Notes: generated by a model not told the origin, from the sequence alone. Shown: positions 10,049 through 20,140, counted from the first letter of the stretch. The stretch is DNA of 64,000 bases from an uncultured Gammaproteobacteria bacterium (GCA_963848305.1 CAWKDC010000001.1:928001-992000), one strand, 5' to 3'. Numbers and translations: made by a program.

Positions 10049-10495
10049 TTATTCCGCCTTTTCTAATGCTGACATCACCAAGCGAAAACGTTCTGGGGCG
10101 AAGATACGACCCAACAACTGTAGACGCTCGAACACCAAGTTTCGATTCAAGAAAAAACCTGGCGTATCCTCCTTGCTGCTGCTCGAGACCTCTGCAAACA
10201 CCAACAATTTGGAAGCACTGCCCGGCATGAGCTGATCGATCGCCTGTAATAACCGCAATGCCCGAGCGGCTTTGAGAGAATTGAAGAATTTGATAAAACT
10301 GTCTTCTTCGCCCACGTTAAACTTAGACAGGCCATCGACGGCTTGGCCGATCTCGGCCAGCAAGGCTTCATACTCAGGGTCTCCGTCCAAGGTTCACGAT
10401 TCCACGGCTTCCATCGTTGAGATGATACGATATAAAGCGTAGTCATGTTTCTCTTGCCAATGCTTCGCGACAGCACTGGGGGATAAATCAGGCAT
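10049..10495 (-). CDS. icmW: Dot/Icm adaptor/chaperone IcmW (in-frame TGA at codon 34, 10394-10396)
   Basis: Manual translation from ATG 10495 (RBS AGGAGAGG): MPDLSPSAVAKHW...YRIISTMEAVES*TLDGDPEYE...LRLLQAIDQLMPGSAS...FFLNRNLVFERLQLLGRIF. Matches IcmW as recalled, with TGA at the conserved Trp of ESVENWTLDG. Confidence 0.92.
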
Positions 10496-10515
10496 GGGGC
10501 ACCTCTCCTAGTCTC

Positions 10516-10656
10516 TATGTTATTGAGTCTAGCACGATATCTTCCAACGGCGTCTTGATTTCGAGTCATGTGCTGCCAAACACGCTGTGAATACATCCCT
10601 GTGCCTCACACGTTTGGCATCACACAACCCGAAAAGACGCCTTATTGAATAACATA
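10516..10656 (-). promoter_or_regulatory. Long RNA hairpin in the icmW leader with a CsrA-type site in its apical loop
   Basis: On - strand, GGCGTCTT/AAGACGCC, TTCGGGTTGTGTG/CACATGACTCGAA (with G-U pairs) and TGCCAAAC/GTTTGGCA stems; loop contains GCACAGGGATGT (10593-10604). Confidence 0.5.
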
Positions 10657-10660
10657 AATC

Positions 10661-11191
10661 CTATTCAGTTTTATACCGCTTGATGCTGTCCAAAATTTCC
10701 TGCTTTGCAGCGCCTGCATCTTCCCAACCCGTGATTTTGACCCACTTACCTGGTTCAAGCTTTTTGTAGTATTCGAAGAAATGTTCAATTTGGGCCAGCA
10801 ACATCGCATCGACTTCTTTTTTGGATTGAACATGAGAATACACCCGGCAAAGTTTATCGACTGGCACGGCTAGGATTTTATTGTCGTGGCCGGATTCATC
10901 TTCCATGTTCAACATGGCGACAGGACGCACACGGATAACAGACCCAAACATGACGGGAAACGGTGTGATCACGAGCACGTCGGCAGGGTCGCCGTCCAAC
11001 GCAAGGGTATGTGGGATATACCCATAATTGCAGGGGTAACGCATCCCGGTGGCAATAAAACGATCCACGAATAAGGCACCGCTCGCCTTGTCCATTTCAT
11101 ATTTAATCGGATCAGAATTAGCGGGAATTTCAATGATCACATTGACTTCATCAGGGGCTTTCTCGCCGGCGGAAATAAAATCGGGGTTCAT
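10661..11191 (-). CDS. ppa: Inorganic pyrophosphatase (family I)
   Basis: [53 protein letters not shown]. Confidence 0.97.
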   Translation of the reverse strand: MNPDFISAGEKAPDEVNVIIEIPANSDPIKYEMDKASGALFVDRFIATGMRYPCNYGYIPHTLALDGDPADVLVITPFPVMFGSVIRVRPVAMLNMEDESGHDNKILAVPVDKLCRVYSHVQSKKEVDAMLLAQIEHFFEYYKKLEPGKWVKITGWEDAGAAKQEILDSIKRYKTE

Positions 11192-11283
11192 AATACTCTC
11201 CTCTCAAAAGAGTGACTATATTAGCACAAAAAGACGTGGCAATAGTCTACAATCACCCTATCAAGTTTTGTTGAGGAAAGGGT

Positions 11284-12415
11284 ATGGACATCACCAAAGT
11301 CGTTGGCTACTGCTGGCAGGCGCCTGCCAAGAAGGTATGCCTTCTGTTGAAGAACAAAAAAAGGCGATCATTGATTATTGTAACCAGGATAAAAGGCTCA
11401 TACAATACTTTGTTGAAAACAGTTTCGACAAAAAACCCCGTGACTTCCCCGAGTTTTTGCGCGCCATCATGCTGGCCCGTCAAGAAAATGCAGAATTAGT
11501 GATTGCAGAGCTCGCTTATTTAACTCGCTTCCCAGGTTTCACCGATCCACTGATGGCCTCGGGCGTTCAATTCAAATGTTTGGATCAACCCCGCATTGAC
11601 CAACACACCCTGGTCGCTGTCGTTGAGTATGCCCGTTACAACCAAAAGCGTCACAGTGATCGCATTCGCCAGGGCCTGGATCAAACCTTGTCGCAGCTCG
11701 GTAACCCGCATGCGATGCAAGAAATTTCCAAGGTCAATAAACCCAAAACCGAAAGTGCCGTGCTGTTCGCGCTGATCCTGGGCCTATCATTGGTTATTAC
11801 CGCGTGAAAGGTTTTTCACAACGTAAAATGATGACATTGCTGAATGAAGAAGGTTTTTTGGCACCAGAAGGCTGCTGGGTGTTAAGTCAACTGCAAAAGG
11901 TGCTTGAACGCATTGATTTAAACAATTTGGCGCTTGACCTCTGTGAAACGCTGGATGAATTTAAGGAAAAAAATTACACGGTAGAGCAAATGGTCAAAGC
12001 CCTGCGCTTGATGCAAGTGCGTACCCTGTCTCGCGGCGAATGGGACACACATGCCTTGAATAAAGTCATTGAACGTCTCGATAATATCCGTGAAATTCTT
12101 GAATTCAATCAATTTGTATTGGATGTTTATCCCACCATCCTACTCCTACAAGCCCAAGGCCGCACAGTCAGGGATATTGCGCAAGAGCTGAATACCATGC
12201 GCAAGCCTTTGCCATCGCGATTAATCTGGGAACTTGAGCAAGATAAAGCCACTGGAGCCATTGTCACGTTGCATGAATGGGACGGAGCTAATGTTGATAT
12301 GGTCATGCGTTTATCCCAGCGTCGCAAAGAAGACATCGAAAATTACATCCATCCTGATACCCTCGCACGCGCGCAAATGTTGTTTGAAGAGTTTTTGGGC
12401 GAGGTTGTTGAGTAG
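11284..12415 (+). CDS. Resolvase/serine-recombinase-like protein with repeated C-terminal HTH-like units (two apparent frameshifts)
   Basis: Joining frames from ATG 11284 (shifts near 11320-11335 and 11782) gives VVGYC...SVEEQKKAIIDYC...PEFLRAIMLARQENAELVIAELAYLTR...HSDRIRQGL...LGNP, a resolvase N-domain layout. Three (G)xSxRxIAxxLN...W-like blocks follow. Confidence 0.7.
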
Positions 12416-12423
12416 CGTGATGG

Positions 12424-13725
12424 TCATGAGAATGCGGCAGACACAAAATACAATGGCATGAAAATCATTTTTGGATCTGACGGCTCTCGAAACGCAGCAT
12501 CCAAAAAAATCAGTCCATACGGTGAGTCAGGATATTGCTGTAGAAACATGTGCAGGCTTCTTAATCTCCCTGATGAACCACTCTTGACTTCAACAGGAAT
12601 CACCTGGCTGTCTTTGATCGCCAAATAATCCACTTCAGCTGCACTGTTTTTTTCAGGCCTATGCCAATAATACAATTTTCCCTGTTCTTGTACCAATCTT
12701 AGTTCTTGTGCCACAAACTGTTCGGCTAAAGCACCTCGATAAATGGACAATAGGTTTTTATCTAAATCCTCAATAGTCATGGGCAAACCACACAACGATT
12801 GCATGAGGCCAATGTCCAATACCATTGCCTTGAAAGTTTTATGATGCACTGAAGCACCTAATGGTAATACGGGAGGATGACAAGAAGGAATATCAGTGAT
12901 CACCTGGGCCATCTTCAGGAATTGAAATGCCTGCTTAATGGTGGCAGAAAAATCCTGCGCCAAATGGCTATATTGAATCTGTTTGCCCACCTCTTTTGCG
13001 ACAGATGAAAACACTTCATTTAAGCACATGGGATTAGACCGGGGTGCATATTTTGCGAAATCATTGCGAAACCCATTAATCAAATCCAGGTGTACATCTT
13101 GGCTTTCTCGAATGGATTTTGTCTCCACATAAACAGCCACTGCTTCAGGCATTCCACCGACAATAAAATATCGATACAACTCTTGTCGCAACACAGCATG
13201 GACAGTTTCTGATAACACGTGTGGCTTTTGTTGAATCAATTCAGCCAAATTTTCTCGCCCGATTGCCATTAAAAACTCAACAAAACCTAATGGATACATA
13301 TTCAGGTATTGTATACGTCCTACAGGAAAGGAGATTTCTGACAACGCAAACTCTAATAAAGAACCTGCACCAACGACATGCAATTCAGGCAAATCCTCAT
13401 AAAAATACCGCAATGACATGATGGCTTCAGGACATTGCTGAATTTCATCAAAAAACAACAGTGTTTTTCCTGGTATTATCCTTGAGCCCGTTGCAAACTC
13501 TATGTCTGCAACAATGCGTTTGACATCCAGATCCTGAGCAAACACTTTGGCAATTGAGGGCATTTTCTCAAAGTCAATTTTCAAAAGTTGATTGTCAAAT
13601 GTGTCTCGAGCCAATGCTTCGACGGCATAGGTCTTGCCTACCTGCCTTGCCCCTCGTAACAACAAGGGCTTACGGCGGCTCGAGCGAGCCCAATCCGCAA
13701 GCATTTGATCTATAAGACGTTTCAT
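12424..13725 (-). CDS. AAA_14 family ATPase with C-terminal DUF4143 (PD-(D/E)xK-like) domain
   Basis: Walker A LRGARQVGKT, Walker B FFDEIQ, GGMPEAV, LAEQFVAQEL, AEVDYL...IPVEVKSG. Confidence 0.9.
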   Translation of the reverse strand: MKRLIDQMLADWARSSRRKPLLLRGARQVGKTYAVEALARDTFDNQLLKIDFEKMPSIAKVFAQDLDVKRIVADIEFATGSRIIPGKTLLFFDEIQQCPEAIMSLRYFYEDLPELHVVGAGSLLEFALSEISFPVGRIQYLNMYPLGFVEFLMAIGRENLAELIQQKPHVLSETVHAVLRQELYRYFIVGGMPEAVAVYVETKSIRESQDVHLDLINGFRNDFAKYAPRSNPMCLNEVFSSVAKEVGKQIQYSHLAQDFSATIKQAFQFLKMAQVITDIPSCHPPVLPLGASVHHKTFKAMVLDIGLMQSLCGLPMTIEDLDKNLLSIYRGALAEQFVAQELRLVQEQGKLYYWHRPEKNSAAEVDYLAIKDSQVIPVEVKSGSSGRLRSLHMFLQQYPDSPYGLIFLDAAFREPSDPKMIFMPLYFVSAAFS

Positions 13726-13740
13726 GAAGCTTATCCCCTT

Positions 13741-13826
13741 GCCTTTAAAGCACAAGGTTATTATAGCGATCTGCCTTTAGAATAACAATGTTAATTTTAA
13801 AGGTAGCCTTTAAAATACCAAGGTTA
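13741..13826. promoter_or_regulatory. Three ~20-bp direct repeats plus a palindrome upstream of the AAA_14 gene (probable operator array)
   Basis: GCCTTTAAAGCACAAGGTTA (13741), GCCTTTAGAATAACAATGTTA (13773), GCCTTTAAAATACCAAGGTTA (13806); palindrome TTTTAAAGG-tag-CCTTTAAAA at 13795-13815. Confidence 0.55.
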
Positions 13827-13831
13827 CATCA

Positions 13832-14821
13832 TCAAAGAGGGCGATTTCTCTTTAATAAATCGATCACCGCTTCTTTAGGCGATTTGTGTTGATATAAGAC
13901 TGCATACACTTGTTCAGTGATGGGCATCTCAACGCCCATTTGTTGGGCCAAAGCATGAATGTGGGCGGTGGCTTCAATGCCTTCCACCACTTGATTGATT
14001 TGCGCCAGCGCTTCACTCATGGATTTACCTTCGCCGATCATGCGACCGAAGCGGCGGTTACGAGACTGATCATCCGTGCACGTTAAGATCAAATCGCCCA
14101 TGCCGGCCAAGCCCATGAAAGTCTCCGTTTGTGCGCCCAATGCAGCACCCAAACGCATCATTTCGGACATGCCACGGGTCATGAGGGCTGCTTGAGTGTT
14201 TGCACCCAGCGACAAACCTGCTGCCACTCCCGTTGCAATCGCGAACACATTTTTGAGTGCCCCACCCAATTGCGTGCCGATCACGTCTTTGGAAGGATAC
14301 ACCCGAAAATATTGTTGATTGTGCAACACAGATTGCCAAAAAGCGGTGGCGTCATCATCGCTGCTCGCCAGGGTGATCGCCGTGGGCTTTTGTGCGGCGA
14401 CTTCTGCAGCGAAACTCGGGCCTGACACAATCGAAAAACCTTTGCCCGGCATCAGCGTTTTGACGACATCCGACAGAAAATGGTGCGTGGCCGGATCTAA
14501 ACCTTTACTCGCCCAAGCGAGTGCCATCTGAGGCGTCATATAAGGTTGTGCAAACAAGAATACTTCTCGAAACGCATGACTCGGAACGACCAAAAGCACC
14601 CCATCAGCATCTTTCATCACCGCTTGGATATTAGGCTCGGGATGGAGGTTATCCGGCAGCGCCACCCCGGGCAAATAGCGCTTGTTTTCGCGAGTGCTGG
14701 CAATCGTCGCGAGTTGATGCGCATCATGGCTCCACAACCGAACAGTATGGCCATTTCGTGCCAATAGCAGCGCCAGCGCAGTTCCCCACGCACCGGCACC
14801 CAACACTGCGACGGTGGCCAT
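13832..14821 (-). CDS. gpsA: NAD(P)H-dependent glycerol-3-phosphate dehydrogenase
   Basis: GAGAWGTALA, SGPSFAAEV, GGALKNVFAIA, GDLILTCTDDQSRNRRFG; follows secB. Confidence 0.97.
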   Translation of the reverse strand: MATVAVLGAGAWGTALALLLARNGHTVRLWSHDAHQLATIASTRENKRYLPGVALPDNLHPEPNIQAVMKDADGVLLVVPSHAFREVFLFAQPYMTPQMALAWASKGLDPATHHFLSDVVKTLMPGKGFSIVSGPSFAAEVAAQKPTAITLASSDDDATAFWQSVLHNQQYFRVYPSKDVIGTQLGGALKNVFAIATGVAAGLSLGANTQAALMTRGMSEMMRLGAALGAQTETFMGLAGMGDLILTCTDDQSRNRRFGRMIGEGKSMSEALAQINQVVEGIEATAHIHALAQQMGVEMPITEQVYAVLYQHKSPKEAVIDLLKRNRPL

Positions 14822-14825
14822 ATGA

Positions 14826-15305
14826 CTATTTAGTCTCTTTGAGGCGGTTCAAATGATCTTGATACAATGCATCAAAGTTCACTGGCGCCAAAAAGAGGGG
14901 TGGATAACCGCCACGTGTGGCCAAATTAGAGACCAATTCTCTTGCATAAGGGTACAATAAGTTTGGACAGAAACTGCCGAGCATTTGCCCACGCTGTGCT
15001 TCACCAAAATTTTTCAGCAAGAAAGCCCCCGCTTGTTGCACTTCAAGCAAGAATGCGACTTTATTCTCTTGCTTCACCGTGACAGTGATTTTAAGGGTGA
15101 CTTCAAAGCGATCATTGTCCAGGGCGCGTGCCTGCGTGTTCAATTCAAATTTCACTTCAGGCTTCCAGTCTGCTTTCACCACATCGGGTGTATGAGTCGT
15201 TTCAAAGGAAACATCACGAATATAAATGTTTTCAATGCCGAATTGCATTTGCGCATCCGCGTGTTCAGCCTGTTTAGATTGATTGATTGCTTCGTCTGTA
15301 ACCAT
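14826..15305 (-). CDS. secB: Protein-export chaperone SecB
   Basis: IYIRDVSFE, AFLLEVQQAGAF, FCPNLLYPYARE, LAPVNFDALY. Confidence 0.97.
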   Translation of the reverse strand: MVTDEAINQSKQAEHADAQMQFGIENIYIRDVSFETTHTPDVVKADWKPEVKFELNTQARALDNDRFEVTLKITVTVKQENKVAFLLEVQQAGAFLLKNFGEAQRGQMLGSFCPNLLYPYARELVSNLATRGGYPPLFLAPVNFDALYQDHLNRLKETK

Positions 15306-15318
15306 TACGTCTCTCCTT

Positions 15319-15576
15319 TTAACTGTTTAACATCTCGTCTAGTTTGCCCGCAGCCTCTAACGCATGAAGATCATCACAACCTCCAATCGGCTGACCATGA
15401 ATGAAAATCTGCGGAACCGTGCGCCGGCCGCTGCGTTTAACCATCTCATCACGCAAGGCGTCATTGTTGCTCACATCAATTTCTTCGAATGGAACATGCT
15501 TGCGCGTGAGCAGTGCCTTGGCGCGAACGCAATAAGGGCATGTTTGCGTAGTATATATTGTGACCGTCGCCATCAT
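15319..15576 (-). CDS. grxC: Glutaredoxin 3
   Basis: CPYC active site, TVPQIFI, IGGCDDL; canonical rhodanese-grxC-secB-gpsA order. Confidence 0.96.
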   Translation of the reverse strand: MMATVTIYTTQTCPYCVRAKALLTRKHVPFEEIDVSNNDALRDEMVKRSGRRTVPQIFIHGQPIGGCDDLHALEAAGKLDEMLNS

Positions 15577-15583
15577 ACTTTCC

Positions 15584-16006
15584 TTATGATTTGTGTAAAG
15601 GTAAATCCGCGGATATCCAGGCTTGCATACCACCCGCAAGCAGGTTCACCTCTGTAAAGCCTGCCTTTTTGAGCGCAGTGCCACAACCGGCGGAGGTTTG
15701 ACCCATTTGGCAAATGAGTAGAATAGGTTGCTCATGTTTCACTTTCAAACGTGTCACCGTATCTGACAGGTCGGCAGGCGCGCAATGTCGCGCACCAATA
15801 ATATGTCCTTGATCAAATTTACTTTTATCGCGCAAGTCAAACATGGATGCTTGTTTTTGGTTGATCAGCAGCACCACTTCTTGAGGTGATAAACGCTTGG
15901 GTCCTAAATAGCGTTGGCGCACTTCAAATAAAATGTAAGCCAGGAGAAAAACAATAAAAAGTGATGACAACACCCAATGCGTCGCTAAAAATGTCATAAT
16001 GGCCAT
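15584..16006 (-). CDS. Membrane-anchored rhodanese-like protein (YibN type)
   Basis: N-terminal TM, DLRDKSKFDQGHIIGA, LAGGMQAW; synteny with grxC. Confidence 0.9.
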   Translation of the reverse strand: MAIMTFLATHWVLSSLFIVFLLAYILFEVRQRYLGPKRLSPQEVVLLINQKQASMFDLRDKSKFDQGHIIGARHCAPADLSDTVTRLKVKHEQPILLICQMGQTSAGCGTALKKAGFTEVNLLAGGMQAWISADLPLHKS

Positions 16007-16098
16007 GCAAACTTACCTCTCGTACACGAAGACGCGCAATTATACCACGATGCGCACGAAGATGGTTTAAACTAATGGATATATTGAGGCACTTGCCA

Positions 16099-17631
16099 AT
16101 GAAACCCATGTTACTCATCGTACTTGATGGCTTTGGTCATCGCGATAACCCGGCATACAATGCCATTGCCCAGGCACATACACCGTGTCTTGATGCGTTA
16201 TATGCACACTATCCCCACATGCTGCTGTCTGCCTCGGGGCTGGATGTGGGGCTTCCAGGCAACCAAATGGGCAACTCTGAAGTCGGCCACATGAACATCG
16301 GCGCCGGCCGCGTGGTTTATCAAATGCTGACACGGATCGATCGCGACGTCGAAACGGGCGCATTCGATCAAAACCCCGTTTTTCAAAACCTTTTGCAAAC
16401 CCTTCATCAAAACAACAAAGCCTTGCACGTGATGGGATTACTGTCAGATGGAGGGGTGCACGCGCATGAATCCCACATCATGGCGCTCCTCAAACTTGCT
16501 GCTGGACAAGGGATTGAACACATTTATTTGCACGCATTTTTGGACGGCCGCGATACGCCGCCCCGCAGCGCAAAACATTCCCTCGTGCGTGCATTAGATT
16601 GTTTTCACGCCATGGGCAAAGGGCGCATCGCATCTGTCTGCGGCCGTTATTTTGCGATGGATCGCGACAAACGGTGGGATCGCACCCAATTGGCGTATGA
16701 ATTGATCGTGGAGGGCAAGGCAGCGCACCGCGCAGCTGATCCGCTCCAAGCACTCGATGCAGCCTATGCGCGTGATGAAAATGATGAGTTTGTATCACCC
16801 ACTGTGATTGGCGAGCCCGTTCAAATCCATGACGGCGACGGGATTATCTTCATGAATTTTCGCGCTGATCGTGCACGGCAACTCACACAAGCACTGACAG
16901 ATCCCGCATTTACTGGCTTTCAACGCGAACGTATTCCCGCCATCCACATGGTCAGCCTGACCGAATATTCGGATGCTTTTTCATTTCCCGTCGCTTATCC
17001 CGCTGACACCTTACAAAATACTTTTCCCGAAGTATTGGCAGTGCATCATCTCACACAGTTGCGTATTGCTGAAACTGAGAAATATGCGCATGTCACATTC
17101 TTTTTCAGTGGTGGGAAAGAAAAAGTGTTGCCACTCGAAAGCCGTATATTGGTTCCTTCACCTGCCGTGCCTACCTATGAAAAAACGCCTGAGATGAGCG
17201 CAATTCCCATCACCGATAAATTGGTGGAGGCAATTGAATCCCAACAGTTTGATTTCATCATTTGCAATTATGCAAACCCTGACATGATAGGCCACACTGG
17301 CGATTTCAATGCGACAGTTAAAGCGATCGAAGTGATTGATACCTGTTTGGAGCGTGTGGTGGCCGCACTCAATAAAGTGGGCGGCGAATGTTTGATCACC
17401 GCTGATCATGGCAATGCGGAGTGCATGTACGATCCAAGTACAAAACAACCGCACACAGCGCATACCAGTGAGTTTGTACCGCTGATTTATGTCGGGAAAC
17501 GCGGGCATTTTAATCAAACGCACGGTATACTCGCAGATATTGCGCCAACATTATGTGCCTTGATGAACCTCCCCATTCCCAGTGAAATGACGGGGCATGT
17601 ATTAATCGATTTGAATATCCATCCCCTTTGA
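16099..17631 (+). CDS. gpmI: 2,3-bisphosphoglycerate-independent phosphoglycerate mutase
   Basis: LIVLDGFG, QMGNSEVGHMNIGAGR, AETEKYAHVTFF, NPDMIGHTG, TADHGNAE. Confidence 0.97.
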   Translation: MKPMLLIVLDGFGHRDNPAYNAIAQAHTPCLDALYAHYPHMLLSASGLDVGLPGNQMGNSEVGHMNIGAGRVVYQMLTRIDRDVETGAFDQNPVFQNLLQTLHQNNKALHVMGLLSDGGVHAHESHIMALLKLAAGQGIEHIYLHAFLDGRDTPPRSAKHSLVRALDCFHAMGKGRIASVCGRYFAMDRDKRWDRTQLAYELIVEGKAAHRAADPLQALDAAYARDENDEFVSPTVIGEPVQIHDGDGIIFMNFRADRARQLTQALTDPAFTGFQRERIPAIHMVSLTEYSDAFSFPVAYPADTLQNTFPEVLAVHHLTQLRIAETEKYAHVTFFFSGGKEKVLPLESRILVPSPAVPTYEKTPEMSAIPITDKLVEAIESQQFDFIICNYANPDMIGHTGDFNATVKAIEVIDTCLERVVAALNKVGGECLITADHGNAECMYDPSTKQPHTAHTSEFVPLIYVGKRGHFNQTHGILADIAPTLCALMNLPIPSEMTGHVLIDLNIHPL

Positions 17632-17678
17632 TGAGGGTCGACGGGGAATGGTCAGGAAAGATAAAAGATGGAGCACTC

Positions 17679-18791
17679 ATGAAAACACAACATATATCCC
17701 TTTACCTACTGATACTCTTCATATCACTTCCTTCTCACGCCGAAAAATCTGTCGAGGCTTTGCAACAACAACTGAAAACATTGAATCAAAGCTTGAAAAA
17801 GGATGCCTCCACGCAAGATCAACTCGAAAACACGCTTAAAAAAATTGACATCTCTATTGCAAAAACATCAGAAACATTACGACAATCCAATGAAAAAATC
17901 ATGCAAACACAAAAAACATTGCAAGCACTCACCCTGGAACAGGCAAATGCAAAAAATGAACTTGCCATTCAACAATCAAAATTCTTGATGCAAATCAAAT
18001 CAAATTACATGGCCGGTCAAGCGCCTTTTTTAAAAATGCTCTTGAATCAACAAGACCCCCAATCATTTTCTCGCATGATGGCCTATTATCGTTATTTCAA
18101 TGCTGAGCAACATACAAAAGTGCAACAATTACAGCAGCAATTGGTCGCCGTCAATTCACGTGAATCAGAGATTGTCAGCGCCCTGCAATCTTTAAAAAAA
18201 CTTCAGCAACAACAGTTAACCCAGCTGAATGCGCAAAAAGAGGAACAAGCCAATCGTAACAAAGTCTTGGCTTCCTTGAATCAAGAAATCCACAAAAAGG
18301 GTGATCAAATTAAAGTGATCAAAGCAGATGTGGCCAAACTCAACAGCATCGTTGCCTCGATCGATAAAAAGCCCAGTCGCGCTTCGCAGTCACTTGCCGA
18401 ATACCGCAACACCCGCGGGTGGCCCGTGGACGGCAAACTCGTTCATGCCTTTGGGGCACCGAGTGAAACTGCCGCTGGCCGCAATAATGGTGTATTCTTT
18501 ACAGCGCAAGAAGGCGCACCGGTGAAAGCGGTGCACAGCGGCGAAGTCGCCTATGCCGATTGGTTGCGCGGGTACGGCTGGCTGATGATTGTGGACCATG
18601 GCAACAACGAAATGAGTTTGTATGCTTACAATCAAACGCTGTACAAAAAGGTGGGAGATCAAGTCCAAACAGGAGAATTGATCGCCCGTGTGGGAAAAAG
18701 CGGCGCAAAACCCGATCCCGGGTTATACTTTGAACTGCGTCGATTCGGTAAAGCCATCGATCCGCTGGCTTGGATAAAACAACAGGGTTAA
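17679..18791 (+). CDS. envC: Murein hydrolase activator EnvC (coiled coil + M23 domain)
   Basis: Signal peptide, long coiled coil, WPVDG...YADWLRGYG...LYFELR; gpmI-envC-ctpA synteny. Confidence 0.9.
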   Translation: MKTQHISLYLLILFISLPSHAEKSVEALQQQLKTLNQSLKKDASTQDQLENTLKKIDISIAKTSETLRQSNEKIMQTQKTLQALTLEQANAKNELAIQQSKFLMQIKSNYMAGQAPFLKMLLNQQDPQSFSRMMAYYRYFNAEQHTKVQQLQQQLVAVNSRESEIVSALQSLKKLQQQQLTQLNAQKEEQANRNKVLASLNQEIHKKGDQIKVIKADVAKLNSIVASIDKKPSRASQSLAEYRNTRGWPVDGKLVHAFGAPSETAAGRNNGVFFTAQEGAPVKAVHSGEVAYADWLRGYGWLMIVDHGNNEMSLYAYNQTLYKKVGDQVQTGELIARVGKSGAKPDPGLYFELRRFGKAIDPLAWIKQQG

Positions 18792-18795
18792 CAAC

Positions 18796-20140
18796 ATGAA
18801 AATTTCTCATTCATTGCTTCTCAGCACCGCTTGTGGCATCGCCGTCGGGATGATGCTTTCATTATCCATCAATGTGTATGCCCTCACGGACAACAAGTCT
18901 GCCGCCCCTGCGGAGAAATTGCCGTTGGTGGAGATGAAACAATTCACCCACGTGTTGGATCAAGTCAAAAAGGACTATGTGAAGGTCGTTGATGATAAAA
19001 CCCTATTTGAAAACGCAATGCGCGGCGTCCTATCCGGCCTGGATCCCCATTCCGCCTATTTAGATCAAGAAGATATGCATGATTTGCAAGTCACGACTTC
19101 CGGCAAATTCGGTGGCCTGGGCATTGAAGTCACCATGGAAGATGGTTTTGTGAAAATCGTTTCCCCCATTGATGACAGCCCTGCCAGCAAAGCGAAACTG
19201 CAACCTGGCGATTTGATCGTGCGTATCAACGAAACTCCCGTCAAAGGTTTGTCACTCGCGGAAGCCGTCAACATGATGCGCCGGTCCTAAAAACAGCCCC
19301 ATCACCTTGACGATTGTGCGTGAAAAGCTCACACAACCGCTGATTGTTACTTTATTACGCGATCTGATTCAGGTTGCGAGCGTCAAATCTAGCTTGATTG
19401 AGCCCGATTATGGTTACCTGCGTATCACCCACTTTCAAGAGCACACGGGTGATGATGTCCGCAAGGCACTGGCTTCATTGGCTACTGAAAACAAAAAACC
19501 CTTGAAAGGCTTGGTGCTTGATTTACGCAACAATCCTGGCGGCGTATTAGACAGCGCAGTCACTGTCTCCGAAGCTTTCTTGGACAGCAAAAAAATTGGC
19601 CACGATCGTTTGGTGGTTTACACGGATGGCCGCATGCCTTCCTCCAAAATGCGTGAATATGCAAAAGGCAATGATCTGCTGAATGGCGCTCCCATGGTGG
19701 TGCTCGTGAATGGCGGCTCAGCCTCTGCCTCTGAAATTGTGGCAGGCGCCTTGCAAGATCATCGCCGCGCGATCATCATGGGTTCCCAAACCTTTGGTAA
19801 AGGCTCTGTTCAAACCGTGATTCCCTTACAAAAAGACACGGGGTTGAAATTAACGACTGCGCTTTATTACACGCCAAGTGGCCGCTCCATCCAGGCAGAA
19901 GGCATTAAACCGGACGTGACACTGGCCAATTACACATTGGGCACGCAAGAGCATGCCGAAGAAACCAAAGCCTTGACGCTCAGCGAAAAAGATTTGAGCG
20001 GCCATTTGGATAATAAAGCAGCAGCTGCGCCGGCTGCGGCAACTGAAGGCACTGCGGAAATCAAAGAATCCGCCGCGCCTGATTATGGCAAAACTGAAGC
20101 GTTGAATTTGTTGAAGGGCCTCGCGATATTATCAAAATAG
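18796..20140 (+). CDS. ctpA: Carboxy-terminal processing S41 peptidase (one frameshift at ~19282)
   Basis: LDPHSAY, PDZ domain (GKFGGLGIEV), LDLRNNPGG, SASASEIVAGALQD, TFGKGSVQ. Removing one C before GGTCC at 19283 restores MMRGPKNSPITLTIV. Confidence 0.92.

Noticed and set aside
3827-10396. Genome-wide reassignment of TGA to Trp (code 4)
   Set aside because: TGA terminates uvrA, gpmI and hemF at their expected ends, TGG is used throughout, and only two internal TGAs were found.
10516-10656. 6S RNA
   Set aside because: Shorter than typical 6S, with a very asymmetric bubble, no recognisable 6S sequence motifs, and not in the usual zapA-ygfA context.
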